From Geosiphon pyriformis uo1 (Eukaryota > Fungi > Glomeromycota), in assembly GCA_016748015.1 (NCBI GenBank), contig JAAOMT010000128.1, positions 2,487,538 to 2,551,537 of the forward strand: 64,000 bases of DNA, read 5' to 3'. Shown one piece after another: positions 13,801 to 26,510 of the stretch. Each line of letters starts with the position of its first letter. Positions within the stretch are counted from its first letter, which is position 1. The notes beneath the pieces were generated by a model that was given only the letters and a program-made list of their open reading frames with translations, did no database searches and was not told the origin of the DNA. A program made the translations under genes and the position numbers.

Positions 13801-15153
13801 GAATTATGGAAATTCAGGCTTCTCTTCAGGCATCCAGAACAGATTCACATACCAAGCACAAGTTAAGCAGATGCAAAAGAAGGACTAGAACAGACTCATC
13901 ACAGTGCTTCCACATCTTATTAGAGATACCAGACAAATCAGCAGCTTTGCTATCAGAAAGATTCTTGACCACCAATAAAAACTTATCAAAATCAATTTGC
14001 TTCATTATGCTGGAAAATACACCATCATCAACATAATTGAGAGAAGAAAATTGTTTTTGCCAACAGAAGAGTACAGAAGATTTGACTGCACGTTTCCTGG
14101 TTCAATTTTCCATAATTGAATCTACCTTTCTCTTGACCAAATCAGGCTCTAAAACCAAATTTCTATTATTAACCAGATGATCCAATGTAATTTTTTTGAA
14201 AGGTCTCTCCAACACACTTCTAATTATTTGACCTTTGTTGTCCACAAAAGCTTCTATGTGCTTATTAATAGCCATCTGGATCTGTGAGTCTTCAGTAGCC
14301 TTAGAGTCTAAAAACTTATGAGACCTATACAGTTTTCTAAAACACACCAGTGATTGTTCAACCAACACACTGTCATAACTATTGTCTAAGGAACTCTTAA
14401 ACTTTACAGCTTGGTCAAAGTCCAAGTCAACCCATTTATCAACTAAATCCTGAAATTTTTCCAAATTTCTTGATTTATATACATTCAAAATTTTTGCCAC
14501 CAAAAGTTCTAACTTGTAAAACCTAGAAGATGCAGCAGTCTTAACCAACTCACTATTCCTGGACTGTGTTTTTATGAGAATAGTTTCCACTGCAGAGCAC
14601 ATTACCTGACAGAGAAGAGTCCACATTCCATTGATATCACCTTTAGTATTGTGGTATTTAAAATCACCAATGGTCTTTGAAGCAGCAACCAACAAAGCAT
14701 TTCCAAACTTTTTCCAAACCTCACCACTGACATCACTGACTTTGTATCTCCATTTTTTTTTTGTGGCCTGTCTGCATATCAAATTAAGCTGAGAATTGAG
14801 AAAGCCTTTCAAACCAATGTCCACTGACATGACCAAGTGGTCAGAATCAAAAAATTCAACCAGACAATAAACTCTTTGGTTAAAAGAAAAACTGCAAAGC
14901 CCATTACTAACTAATACAAAGTTTATACACTTTTGAACACCCTTTGAATTGAATCATGTGGGAATTTTGTGCAAAGAAAAACTATGTAGAGAATCAAACA
15001 AACCCAAATCCAGACATTTTTTGAAGTTTGTACTGTAACTGAAATTATTTTTGTTAAAGTCACCACCAAGAACAACAAATGTACTGCCATTTAAAGTCTC
15101 AGCCACCATTGAATTAATGACATGGAAGTAAGCCAGTCTCTTCTTCAAGGTGG
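10830..15153 (-). pseudogene. LINE-b ORF2 (endonuclease C-terminal part, RT, RNase H, Zn motif), many stops
   Basis: ORF fragments 14954, 14102, 13346, 12791, 11879, 11217 and 10926 lie in canonical order. Confidence 0.88.
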
Positions 15154-15998
15154 TGTTATTCATAGAAATATAGAAAATATATTAGCATAATTATTAGCCA
15201 ATCAGAAATAGACATAGTAAATATGGAATTCCAGGATTCCTCTTAGAAATTGCAGGATTCCAGGAATTACAGGATTCTCATACAAGAAATTACAGAATTA
15301 CAGAATTCCAGGATTCCTCTTAAAGAAATTACAGAATTCTAAGAATTCCAGGATTTCTGTTGTGAAGAATCAAGAAATTGAGGAATCTCAATTATGTATA
15401 TATAGCAGTAGCATTAAAAGCTAAAAAGACAGACCTCTCAATTTAGATTTGATCTAAACAACCTTTCAAACCACAATAAATAACTATTTGTTATCTCAAA
15501 ACCACTTCTACTATCAACTAGTCATGTTGATAGTAATTGATACTTAACCACACTGGAACAATAGTTCTTGATTATGGCTATTGACAGGATACTAAATTTG
15601 CAAATTGTCTTGGCTTATTTCTTTATATTTCTTTATTTTCTTTATTTTTCTTTGATTTTGTTATTGTGCACTAACCAATTGAGTAAAAGCACTGATTACT
15701 GACATCAAAGATTGCCTGGTAAAAGATCCCTGTGAGTGGGTAGAACATGTACAGAAGATATGGATTACTTACCAGAGAATTGCCGGCCACCAAGCTGAGA
15801 AAAAAATTGACAAACTTGTGAGTCTAAAAAGCTATGAATAAAACAACTATTAAATCTCTGTCCATTATACAAAGAACTCATTTGGAAAATCTTCAGATAC
15901 CAACCACTTAAAGATATTATCAACAACACAAGTAGCTTTTGAGCACCAAGTTACGGGTTTGTTATTTGACCTGAGACCCCAAATAATCAACTATAACA
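15154..15998 (+). repeat. 5' LTR of family-A element, with U3 tandem GAATT(C/A)CAGGATTCC repeats at ~15225-15390
   Basis: Direct repeat of 22495-23314. Confidence 0.95.
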
Positions 15999-16000
15999 TT

Positions 16001-16017
16001 TGGTACTCCCTGTGAGG
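16001..16017 (+). promoter_or_regulatory. Primer binding site TGGTACTCCCTGTGAGG (probably tRNA-Ile(UAU)-like)
   Basis: TGG start 2 nt after the LTR end. Related sites lie on the minus strand at ~49841-49856 (TGGTGCTCTC) and ~59681-59696. tRNA assignment is from memory of eukaryotic tRNA-Ile(UAU) 3' ends. Confidence 0.7.
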
Positions 16018-16060
16018 TATAATTCTACAGAAAACCAGCACCAACAAACACCATCCAAAA

Positions 16061-18101
16061 GTGGCAGAATTAGAAAACATAGGAGCAAACCATTTAGGAT
16101 TTGTGAAATCCTTATTTCAACACTATTGTCAACACTTGGGATTAAACCACAATCATATATCTGCCGAATCAGTCTTTAATTTTTACATCAATAAAAAGAT
16201 TTCTTCTTTGTTAGGAACACCAGTGAATACTGAATCAGCAAGGGAAACTTTTTACAGAGAATTAATTCAAAACACCAATTTATCAACAAATCATAATTTT
16301 GCATCCATTATCACTGAGATCAACAAAAAAATTGAACATCACACCCAACAAAGATATCCAATTACATACATTAGTAAAGGCAAAGGAAAACTACAAACAC
16401 CAGCAGTAACTCCCAGAAAGATACAACTACCTATTTGGAAGAAAACAAGGGTTGAATCACCAACCAATCCATTTTATCACTATACACCTAGAAGTGCCAT
16501 CAACATTTTATTAACAGGCGCATCCACATCAAATGTGACATCAGCATTTGGATGATTCCTATTCCAAAGTAAACAAAGGAAAACAGAATTATTAGGACCA
16601 TACGGCAGAATTTAAATCATGATCACCAATGCCATTAAGAATTTGATTACCACTGCCTCAACTGGACTTTGGAACTGCTATCTCATGAGAACTATCTGAA
16701 GAAAAAGAGAAAGAAGAATTAGAAGATCAAGAATTTACTTACCAGAACCCGATCACTGAAAACCCAGAAGTTGAAACACCAAATCTTCAAACCCAGCAAA
16801 ATTTAAATTTAGAAAACCCAGAAATCAAAACTCCGAATATTCAACCACCACCAAATCAGAACAATCAGAACTCCAATCTAATTAATCAACCAGACTTACC
16901 TTCCATTATTGTTATTAACCCACCACCAGTTAAACCAATTGGCCAGTCACCACAACAACCACACCAGCAGATTCAACAGCCACTACAACCCAACTTAGAT
17001 CCAATAGCATATAAATCAATAGCCAAACTCAAGAAATTTACTGGTAAAGAAAATGATGCTCAAGCCTGGATTAACGATGTCGCCAAAGCAATCACCACCA
17101 ATAACTGGGATAATGCCAGAACCATGCAAGTCATCTCCTATTTTTTCAAAGACATGGCAGACTCTTGGTATCACAGTCTAACCCAGAAACCTCAAAACTT
17201 TAATGTCTTCAAATTAGAATTTTTGAGGTATTTTAGTGATAACAACAGCATTAACTGCTTGGCAAATACTTTTACTACCATCAAACAAGAAGACACAGAA
17301 GCAGTCACTACTTACTTGGGATACTTCCATAGAAATCTGCGCCAAATTCAGGCAATCCAAGCTGACTACTTTACAGCACCACAGATCTTGAACCAATTCA
17401 TCTGAGGATTGTGCAGTAGCATCTTTCAGCAAGTACGTTCAATGCATCCAGTTGATCTCCCAACAGCCATGACTCATGCCAGAGATTTTGAAGCCGCTAA
17501 GTTAGAAGCCAACCATGCCCAAGTTGTGAATTTAGTAATGAATAGATCATCTGACCTGAATTCCAAGCTAAAACAATTCAGTGACAACATCAATCAGAAA
17601 TTAGAGGGATACTTAGCTAACAATCATGCAATTTATCAGCCACTCTAATGACATAATGATTTAGGAAACGCAAATTGTTTGCAGAATCAATTATGTCCAA
17701 GATTGTTCACTAATCAATCACAACAGCCAAAAACACATGTCTGCTACAACTGTGGTAAACAAGGGCATATTAAGACAAACTGCCATACTTATAGCAACCT
17801 ATAATTGGAAAATCATTATCGAAACTCTGATTGCTGGTTTCAGACTCTGAATCATCAATCCAATCAAGAGCAATATCAAAACACTTACCTGCCTATAACA
17901 CAGCAACCAATTTATCAGCCAACAATATATCAACTGCCAATTTATCAGCTGCAGCCACCAACAATTTATCAATCGCAGCCACAAGTTATTTATCAGCCAC
18001 AGCCTCAAGTGATTTATCAACTCCAACAAGTTCAAACGCCACACCAAAACTCAGCTACAATGATATCAGGAAACCTGAGATTCAGAATCATCCAAAACTA
18101 G
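16061..18101 (+). pseudogene. gag: gag with long N-terminal extension, capsid-like region, CCHC knuckle and Q/P-rich tail
   Basis: KFTGKENDAQAWI...ADSWY...TIKQE...QILNQFI (retrotransposon gag). CYNCGKQGHIKTNC at ~17742-17783. Confidence 0.85.
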
Positions 18102-18379
18102 AGATCAGCAATGGTTGTTTATCAGGCCAACAATCAAGATCTCGTCAGCGGAATTCGGGTATCAGTTCCACCCAAAACCCAAATTCCCAGAACTATTTAA
18201 GTCTCCTGATTACCCCAGAAGACGTCACCTCTAACAATCCAAAACTCAATCAACAACCAACAATACTTATCAACAACATCCCACCAGCAATCATCACCAA
18301 TGATGAGTCTTTAGCAGCCATCTTTCCATTTGAACTCAAGGAAGTTACATCAGTTTCTTTATTCAATAGAACAGCTCTG

Positions 18380-18780
18380 GAAAAAAAACCCATCACTGCC
18401 ATGTACACTGATGTGAAAGTTGATGGCCACTCCATTAAGTTAATTCTTGACAATAGTTCAGCAGACAGCATCATCACACGACAACTCATAGATCAATTAG
18501 GTCACCGAGTTGATCGAGCTGCCAGCGCTAAAATTATCATTGCTAATGGTGCCACAAAAATGCCTATTGGTAAAATTGACAACTTCCCAATTGAAGTTAA
18601 TGGCATTATTACTCCCATCAAAGTCTTGGTAATGGAAGCAACCCAATACCAAGCACTAGTGGGCAATGATTGGTTGTCTAAAAACAATGCCGTTCTCGAC
18701 TGGACCACACAGGAGCTCCAGCTTAGCCAAAATGACCAACACATGCAAATATCAGTAATGTGTGGCCATTTCAAACCTAA
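18380..18780 (+). pseudogene. Retropepsin-type aspartic protease
   Basis: IKLILDNSSADSII (decayed DSGS) and YQALVGNDWL in ORF 17831-19018. Confidence 0.85.
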
Positions 18781-20134
18781 CAATGTCACAACATCAGTGC
18801 TGCTTATTGACCTTGAGAAGGAAAAACTAAAACCTACTTGGAAGGTGTACCAAGTATTGTGGGCCGACGTCAACCACAATGAACTGCTGCCAATACTCAC
18901 CTGGAATGACGATAACAATGAAAAGGAGGAACAAGGAAAAGAACCTACCTGGAGAACCACTATTGATGCTTGGACTGATGACAAAGACCACCATGAGCTA
19001 CCACCAATACTATCATAGGACAACAACCCCAAGAGAAAGCAAAGAGAAGAACTTACCTGGGAAACGGACAATCTGACTTGAACTGACAACAATGAAAAAG
19101 AACTGACACCAAGCTGGGAATGGAAAGAAAGCAACAAAGAGAAAGGAAAAGTAAAAGAAGAAGAGCCACTGCCAACAAATATGTATACTTCCTATCAACA
19201 CACAACACCACAACAATTCACCTATCACCAACCCAAACTAGTATGCATTGATTGTAGCAAGAAATTGTCATCAATAGGTGCATGCTGTGGCAACAACAAA
19301 AAATATCAGATGGCAACCAAGTTCTATTGTTGCGCATGCCTCATTAAACATTTTGGAAGACCAAAACAAGTGGAAAAATTGGATAATACACTATGTTTAG
19401 CCTGTGGAGAAACTCTCTTCAATGAAGGAATGTGGAATGACATTCCTGGGAGAGGAGAAATGTGTGATGTGTTCTGCCAATACACAATCTTTATCAATGA
19501 CTGGGTTGAAAAAGAGACACCAATAGAAGCTGCCTGGAGAAGAGCTGTACAGCAATTGGACAGTTGTTCACACAATGACAATAAATTATGGTAAATGGCA
19601 ATTGCCAAAATTGAAGGCACATTGCCAGAAGAAATCAGGACAATTAAAAACAACCCACCAGAACCCATCAAACTTAACTGGAACGCAGAGCCAGTCATAA
19701 ATTTTTTGAAACCAGAAGAGTTCCATGAACACTACCAAAACTTGGCATCCACTAGAGAGGAGCAAAAACAACGGCTAGCACAGTTGAATACAAAACTGTG
19801 TCACCATTGTTTAATTCCCAGTGACTTTAAATATTGTAACAATTATGACCTTATTTACAATCTACCACTATGCATAATCTACACAATCCCTGAAGAGGAA
19901 AAACCAATTAGCAACTGCACATTGGAGTCAGAATTATCATTCGATTCCGATTCAAACTCCGACAATGATAACAACAAGAATAATGGTTTCAGCTCCATTC
20001 AAAATAGCAATGACAATGACAATGATATCAACTCAGATTCAAACTTCGACTCAAACTATGAACAATATATTGTGCTTCTTGACCTCACCAAAGAATAAGA
20101 ACTGAAATGGTTCAGCAATAATAATGAAAGTATT

Positions 20135-20535
20135 ATGCCAGAATGCATACATGATACTAATGTCAGATTTGATTTGAGGTATTCAAGAAAAGATGCCATC
20201 AAATTGGAACCATATTTGTACACTTGTGTTGATCTGAAAATAGCACTGGAAATCCCAGCAACAATAATGATTCAACTATCATCCCAGAGTAGTTTAGCAA
20301 AAAGAAAAATTAATATAAGAGAAGGAATAATTGACGCGGGATATGTAAAAAATATCATCACCATGCTACAAAATGACTCAGAAAAAGCTTATATTATAGA
20401 GCCAAACAAAAAGATAGCACTGGCAATATTCTTACCTTTGGTTAAGATAGCTCAGTTAGTATCAGTGAGAAATAGGGAAGAGTTAGGAATAACAGCAAGA
20501 GGGATACAGGGATTTGGGTCAATGGGTAGAATAGA
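20135..20535 (+). pseudogene. dUTPase domain in Gypsy pol
   Basis: FDLRY, SSQSSLA, GIIDAGY, KIALAI and RGIQGFGSMG are decayed trimeric dUTPase motifs 1-5. Confidence 0.85.
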
Positions 20536-20929
20536 TGTACCAGTTAATATGATGGAGGAAGAAATTGTTGGCCAAGAAGAAATTATCTCAACTGGTCAAG
20601 CTATTTCCATTCTACTATTTAGCCAGTACATACTAGCAATAGAAAGGAAGGAAAAGGAGCAAGAACAGATTTTTGAAGCTAAAACAAATCTTTGTGAATC
20701 AGGAGAGATTAGACTGATCAATCTCTATATACCAGCCAAAATTCCCATATACAACAACACTAACAATGTCATCAACATACCAGAAGGAACCACCATCAGA
20801 TATTTAACCACAGAAATAGAAAACCAACCACCAAACCCCATTCCAGACTTTCCACAACTTTGTGGATATGTTGACATCACATTACAAACAATCTATGGAC
20901 GAAACAAATGTTATTTGCTCTAATCAGAA

Positions 20930-22342
20930 CAATTAGAACAAATGAACATGGGAAATCTAAACCCACTACAACGTATGCAGCTCAAGATGTTACTCAACAA
21001 TTTCAATGACATCTTTGCCAGCGAAAACAAATTTGGCAGAACTGACATTATCCAACATCAAATTAAGACTGGAGATGCAATGTCAATCAAACAGTGAGCA
21101 TACAGGGTACTATCAGCCAGCCATAAAATTATTCATCAAGAGATCAATCAAATGCTTGACAATGGGCTAATCCAGCTATCTATGAGCCCATGGTCATCAC
21201 CAGTGGTACTTGTCCGAAAAAAGAATAGAAAAATCCAATTTTGTGTGGATTACAGAAAACTTAATGGTGTAACTCATGAAGATAGTTATCCAACTCCACA
21301 GATACAAGAATTATTTGATGCTTTCAGTGGAAACAAATGGTTCTCAATGTTAGACTTGGATAGTGGTTACTGGCAAGTAGCCATAGATCCAGCTGACAAA
21401 GAAAAAACAGTGTTTACCACAAGAGAGAGAAATTTTGAATTTGAAGTCATGCCATTTAGCTTGATGAATGCTCCAGCCACATTTCAATGGCTAATGGAAA
21501 TAATATATACTGGCTTATTATGAAAATCAGTAGTAGTTTATCTGGATGATACCAATGTGTTCTCAAAAACTTTTGATGACCATCTACATCATCTTCAACA
21601 AATGTTTGAAAGATTAAGAAGAGCAGAACTAAAGTTGAATGCAACAAAGTGCTTCTTTGGCAAAACAGAACTCAAGTTTTTGGGATATATAGTGAGCAAA
21701 GATGGCATCAAGATAGATCCAGATAAGATAGAGATAGTAAAGAAATTTTCAGTACCAATCAACATAACCGAGTTAAAATTATTTTTGGGATTTGCAGGCT
21801 ACTATCGCTGCTTTATCAAAGACTTTTCTAAGATAGCACAGCCATTCAATCAGCTTCAAACCAAGAATATAAAATATGAATGGACTGAAACCCAGCAAAA
21901 AGCTTTTGACATCTTAAGAAAAAAGCTTATTCAAGCTCTAGTATTGATCTATCCAGATCATAGCAAATCATTCATTATTACTACCAATGCATCAGACCAA
22001 GCATTGGGAGCAGTACTATTTTAGAGAAGACCAGATAGAAGAGAACATCCAGTTGCATATGCCAGCTGAGGTTTAACACCAGCCAAAAAGAACTATAGAA
22101 CACCAGAATTAGAACATTTAACAATCTATTGGGCAGTTATAAAATAGAAAGAATACTTGAGCCAAAAGTTTGAGGTATACACAGATCACAAAAGATTGAC
22201 ATCACTCCAAAAACAAGAATTTGGAGACAGAAGACAGTTAAAATGGAAAATGACACTTTTGCCATATACTTATATCATATATTATAAAAAGGGAAAAAAC
22301 AATGGAAATGTTAACAGTTTGTCACAAATGAGACAAATCTAG
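20930..22342 (+). pseudogene. pol: Gypsy reverse transcriptase and RNase H
   Basis: SPWSSPVVLV, FCVDYRKLN, LDLDSGYWQV, VMPFSLMNAPATFQ, YLDD (~21539-21550), TNASDQALGAVL, YTDHK. Confidence 0.93.
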
Positions 22343-22494
22343 GAACATTTCGACCCAAAAAAATATAACAAAACTGGAACAATACCAACGAAAAATAGAA
22401 CAAAAGATAAACACACAAAAATACCAACAACTTTAAGAGGAGGAATTAAAAGAGTTGGATTTCGATGGAGCTCAATATTAAAAGAAGGGAATAA

Positions 22495-23314
22495 TGTTAC
22501 TCATAGAAATATAGGAAATATATTAGCATGATTATTAGCCAATCAGAAGTAGACATAGTAAATGTGAAATTCCAGGATTCCTCTCAGGAATTGCAGGATT
22601 CCAGAAATTACAAGATTCTCACACAAGGAATTGCAGAATTCCAGAATTTCAGGATTCTTCTCAAAGAAATTGTAGGATTCTAGGAATTCCAGGATTCCTG
22701 TCATGAAGAATCGAGGAATTGAGGAATCTCAATTATGTGAAAAGACAGACCTCTCAGTTTAGATTTGATCTAAACAACCTTTCAAATCACAATAAATAAC
22801 TATTTGTTATCTCAAAACCACTTCTACTATCAACTAGTCATGTTGATAGTAATTGATACTTAACCACACTGAAACAATAGCTCTTGATCATGGCTATTGA
22901 CAAGATACTAAATTTGCAAATTGCTTTGGCTTATTTTTTTATATTTTTTTATTTTTTTTATTTTTCTTTGATTTTGTTATTGTGCACTAACCAATTGAAT
23001 AAAAGCACTGATTACTGACATCAAGGATTGCCTGGTAAAAGATTCTTGCGAGTAGATAGGACACATACAGAAGATACGGATTACTTACCAGAGGATTGCC
23101 AACCACCAAGCCGAGAAAAAAATTGACAGACATGCGAGTCTGGGAAGCTACAGATAAAACAACTATTAAATCTCTGTCCATTATACAAAAGACTCATTTG
23201 GAAAACCTTCAGATACCAACCACTTAAAGATATTATCAACAACACAAGTAGCTTTTGAGCATCAAGTTACGGATTTGTTATTTAACTTGAGACCCCAAAT
23301 AATCAACTATAACA
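22495..23314 (+). repeat. 3' LTR of family-A element
   Basis: Preceded by PPT (22480-22492); lacks ~25 bp around the TATA-like tatatatag present in the 5' LTR. Confidence 0.95.
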
Positions 23315-26300
23315 GTGGCATCTGCATATAAGCCCAAAACAGTCACCAAAAGCTTGTTCTTGAAGAGCAATCTTACAGAGATGAGTCGACTGGGCATCTT
23401 GAAAACTTTGCACACATGCTTTGCTAGAGATGCATCCATAATTATGGCAATGCCTACACCTAAATAACCAGACTTTAAACCAGAAGTAAACACTCAAACA
23501 CCATCAAACTTATTCATAATCCAAAGACAAACTTTGCCTTTCAACTTTGTTTCAGTAACCACAGAAATCATGTTGCCCATATTTCTGTGCCATCGAACAA
23601 TATCTTTCTGTTTGACAGGATTGTTCATGCTTCTGACATTACACGTAGTCACTCTCCACACTAAACTACTTATTGAGATGGAAAGAGAGTTGAAAAACCT
23701 GCACCAAAACACAAACAATCTAACTTTTTCAAAACTGAACTGATTGAGACCTCAAAAGCTACCATTTTTGATTCCAATCTACCCACCTTGGAAGTCAGAA
23801 TCTTGGAAAAACTCAAGCTAAAATCTTGGATCACTTCATTAACAACTAAGAGAGAAGGAACAGAAGCCAACATCGTATTATCTAAAACCATATCCACATC
23901 CAAATGTAGTGTTACTGGAGGTTTTTGGTCTCTTTTTTTAAATGTTGTTACTATTTGTTTGTTGCTAATTTCACGTTTTCTGGAAGCAATTAAACCTCCA
24001 ATAACTGAATTTATCTTTAAATTATCTCCTATAATTTGAACTGCTGGACTTATAAGTGGAATGGCCAATTCCTTGCCAGTTACTTTGTGTAGTTACATTG
24101 TAGTAAATGTCAACTCTTTCCCAAAAATTGCTCATCTAAAAGCTCACTAAAAATGTGTAGTTACTTTGCTGTGAAAGTCAACTCTTTTACAGAAATCTTG
24201 TCTGTAGGCTACTCAATTGATTATAATAAGAAAATAAAAGAAAAATAAAAGAAATGTGAAAAAAATGGAATTCTGTCAAGAGAAACATTTTCTATCTAGG
24301 TCTGAAGTCATTAACAGTTTATTGAAATTGGTAACTAATCAATTTCAAAATGTTAGTTTGTGTTGAGGGAATTTCAAGTGTAATAATCAGAGAATTTGGT
24401 TTTCAAATATTTTAATTTTTATTTGAATGTGTAAAAGGTGATTTATTCTAATTAAGATATCTAAAGTGAAATACTATGTTAAGATACTATGAGAAGATAC
24501 ATTTTCTTGAAGAGAAAAGCTCTTCTTTTATACAACTTGTTGTAGTACTAGTCTTTGAACTTGCACTTTTTTTTTGCTACAATTTGGGTGAACTAAAGAT
24601 ATATTTTGGCAAATATACAAGTTATTTCACTGAACTATTGATTATTTTGGCAAATTTTCATTAATTTCGACAAATTTTGACTATGTTAAAAGGTTCAGGG
24701 TATTGTGTAATTTGATTATCTTAATTTCTAGAGTACAAATTGGATTATTGATTAAGTAATAATATTTGATAATTTGATTAAATAATAAATGATAATCGAA
24801 ATGATAATGATATATGCTAATTAATAATAAGAATTATAAGGATAATTTCATGCTAATTAATAGCTAAAATTCTACTGGTAACAGCAGTACCAAAGAAGAG
24901 GGAGTTGCCAAAGGAAGAACACTAGAAGGGGTCGCTATTAGTATCAGTTTCATGCCACTTAACTTTTTTAATATACTGAATACTTGATCCATTAAGAGCT
25001 CTAAAGAGCATTCCAAAGTATTCAGATGAGCATTCAAAGAAGAGTTGTTAGTTGAAGCTAGAGGAAAACCACTGTTTGAATCTAAGGCACCAAAAAGAGG
25101 AAGGCCAGAACTGAAACCAGAACTTAAATAAAGATCATTAGAAAGACCAATAAGTGCAACCACCTGGGCCCAAAATTTGCCACCAAAGGCAGCAGGGCAA
25201 GATATCAGAACACCTTTTTTTTCATACAACTTTGCCAACTGGAGACAATGTCTATCAGATGCAACTCTTTTAAATGTTCTTAAAAGCATAGATGGAGACA
25301 CAACAGGAGTGTCACATTCCAGAGCAGAATGACCAAACTTCCCACATTTTTCACACCAAACCAGATCCAATCTTGCCCAAGAAAGTTTAATATCACCAAG
25401 AATTGGCTCTGTGTGAAAAACAGATTCCAGATCATTGTTAGTTTCAAAACTGACTATAGCACAATGAATCCTATTTCCAGTTTCTAAAGATCTGTTGATG
25501 ACACAAGTTTTCCCACCAGCCCCCTCTAAAAAAGTCCCAAAATCATGCACTGTTGTTCCCATCAGCAAAATAAACAAAAGCGCTCTGAACCAATCCCTTG
25601 ATGCCCAAGTCTCATGATCTCCCATTGCTTTGGCCATGTGCACAGAATCTTTACCAATTAAAAATGACCACTTAAAGGCTAACAAATCAGCTTGGCTTAA
25701 TTTAGCAAACACCACCACAGCTTTTTGCCACATTTCAAGCAGTTAAATTTTGATCGACTTAATTTCCCCAAATTCAGATACTGCAGCAATGATCATATCT
25801 TTAGGTGTGTTCATGAGAATTTTCTTAATTATCACAGCCCAATCTGACCTCATTTCTTGTCTCTTAAGATCACTGTTTACATCAATCCTTTTTTTTCTGG
25901 CCAATGATGTGGCCATCTTTATGCTTTTTTCTGAAGTAAAAGTAGATCTAATGATTCCCTCAAATTTTGAGAGAGTAGTGGCTCCTCCCAAAACCATTGA
26001 CTGCTGAGAAAATTTTTCTAACCAACTGAGTCTTTGCTGTAGCAGATTTGCCTTCCACTGCTAAAAGGTTAATATCCAATGCAAATGACTTTCTAACAGA
26101 AACTTCTACAGGAGTCTTCACAATCTTAGGGTCAATTCATCTCTTTTCCAAAAATATGCTAAGGGAAGGTGGGAGGAGTTCCATTTCTTTATCCATTTCA
26201 TAATTGGGGGAGCCAAGAAGAGACCCAAAAATTGCACTGGTATTCATTCTTTTCACTTTAAGAATATTAGTAGCTGAGTTTAAGAGAGACCTACTGTTGA

Positions 26301-26510
26301 CACTTTCCATGTGTATATTGTCTTTACCACAACTAGACTTACTATCCATGTCCAAGTACATGCCACCAGAACCAAGTTTGACTAAAGAAATATCCTTTTC
26401 ATTACCAGAATGTTTAACGTTTCTCAGGGCCACCTTTTTCTTTTAGGAGAAAGAACTATTAGCAGAACCATGGAGAGCACTTTTAGGCACCTTTTTCATA
26501 AACATACTAC
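23315..26510 (-). pseudogene. LINE-b ORF1 and start of ORF2 endonuclease, interrupted by solo LTR
   Basis: ORFs 26137, 25743, 24864 (CCHC knuckle), 23670 tail (coiled coil KVGRLESKMVAFE), 23494 and 23278 (APE motifs). Confidence 0.85.
23910..24883 (-). mobile_element. Solo LTR, family B
   Basis: Homologous over its full length to 49859-50828. TGTTAC...GTAACA ends. TSD GTAG/GCAG (one transition). Confidence 0.92.

Larger units (their letters stand above)
15154..23314 (+). mobile_element. Ty3/Gypsy LTR retrotransposon, family A (gag-PR-Cys-rich-dUTPase-RT-RNase H; integrase missing)
   Basis: LTRs 15154-15998 and 22495-23314 with TGTTA...TAACA ends. Perfect TSD GTGG (15150-15153, 23315-23318). 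PBS after the 5' LTR and PPT aaaagaagggaa before the 3' LTR. Confidence 0.95.

Noticed and set aside
17805-18130. Overlapping ORFs suggesting a programmed gag-pol frameshift
   Set aside because: No slippery heptamer seen, and family B reads gag into protease in one frame; more likely an indel near 18120.
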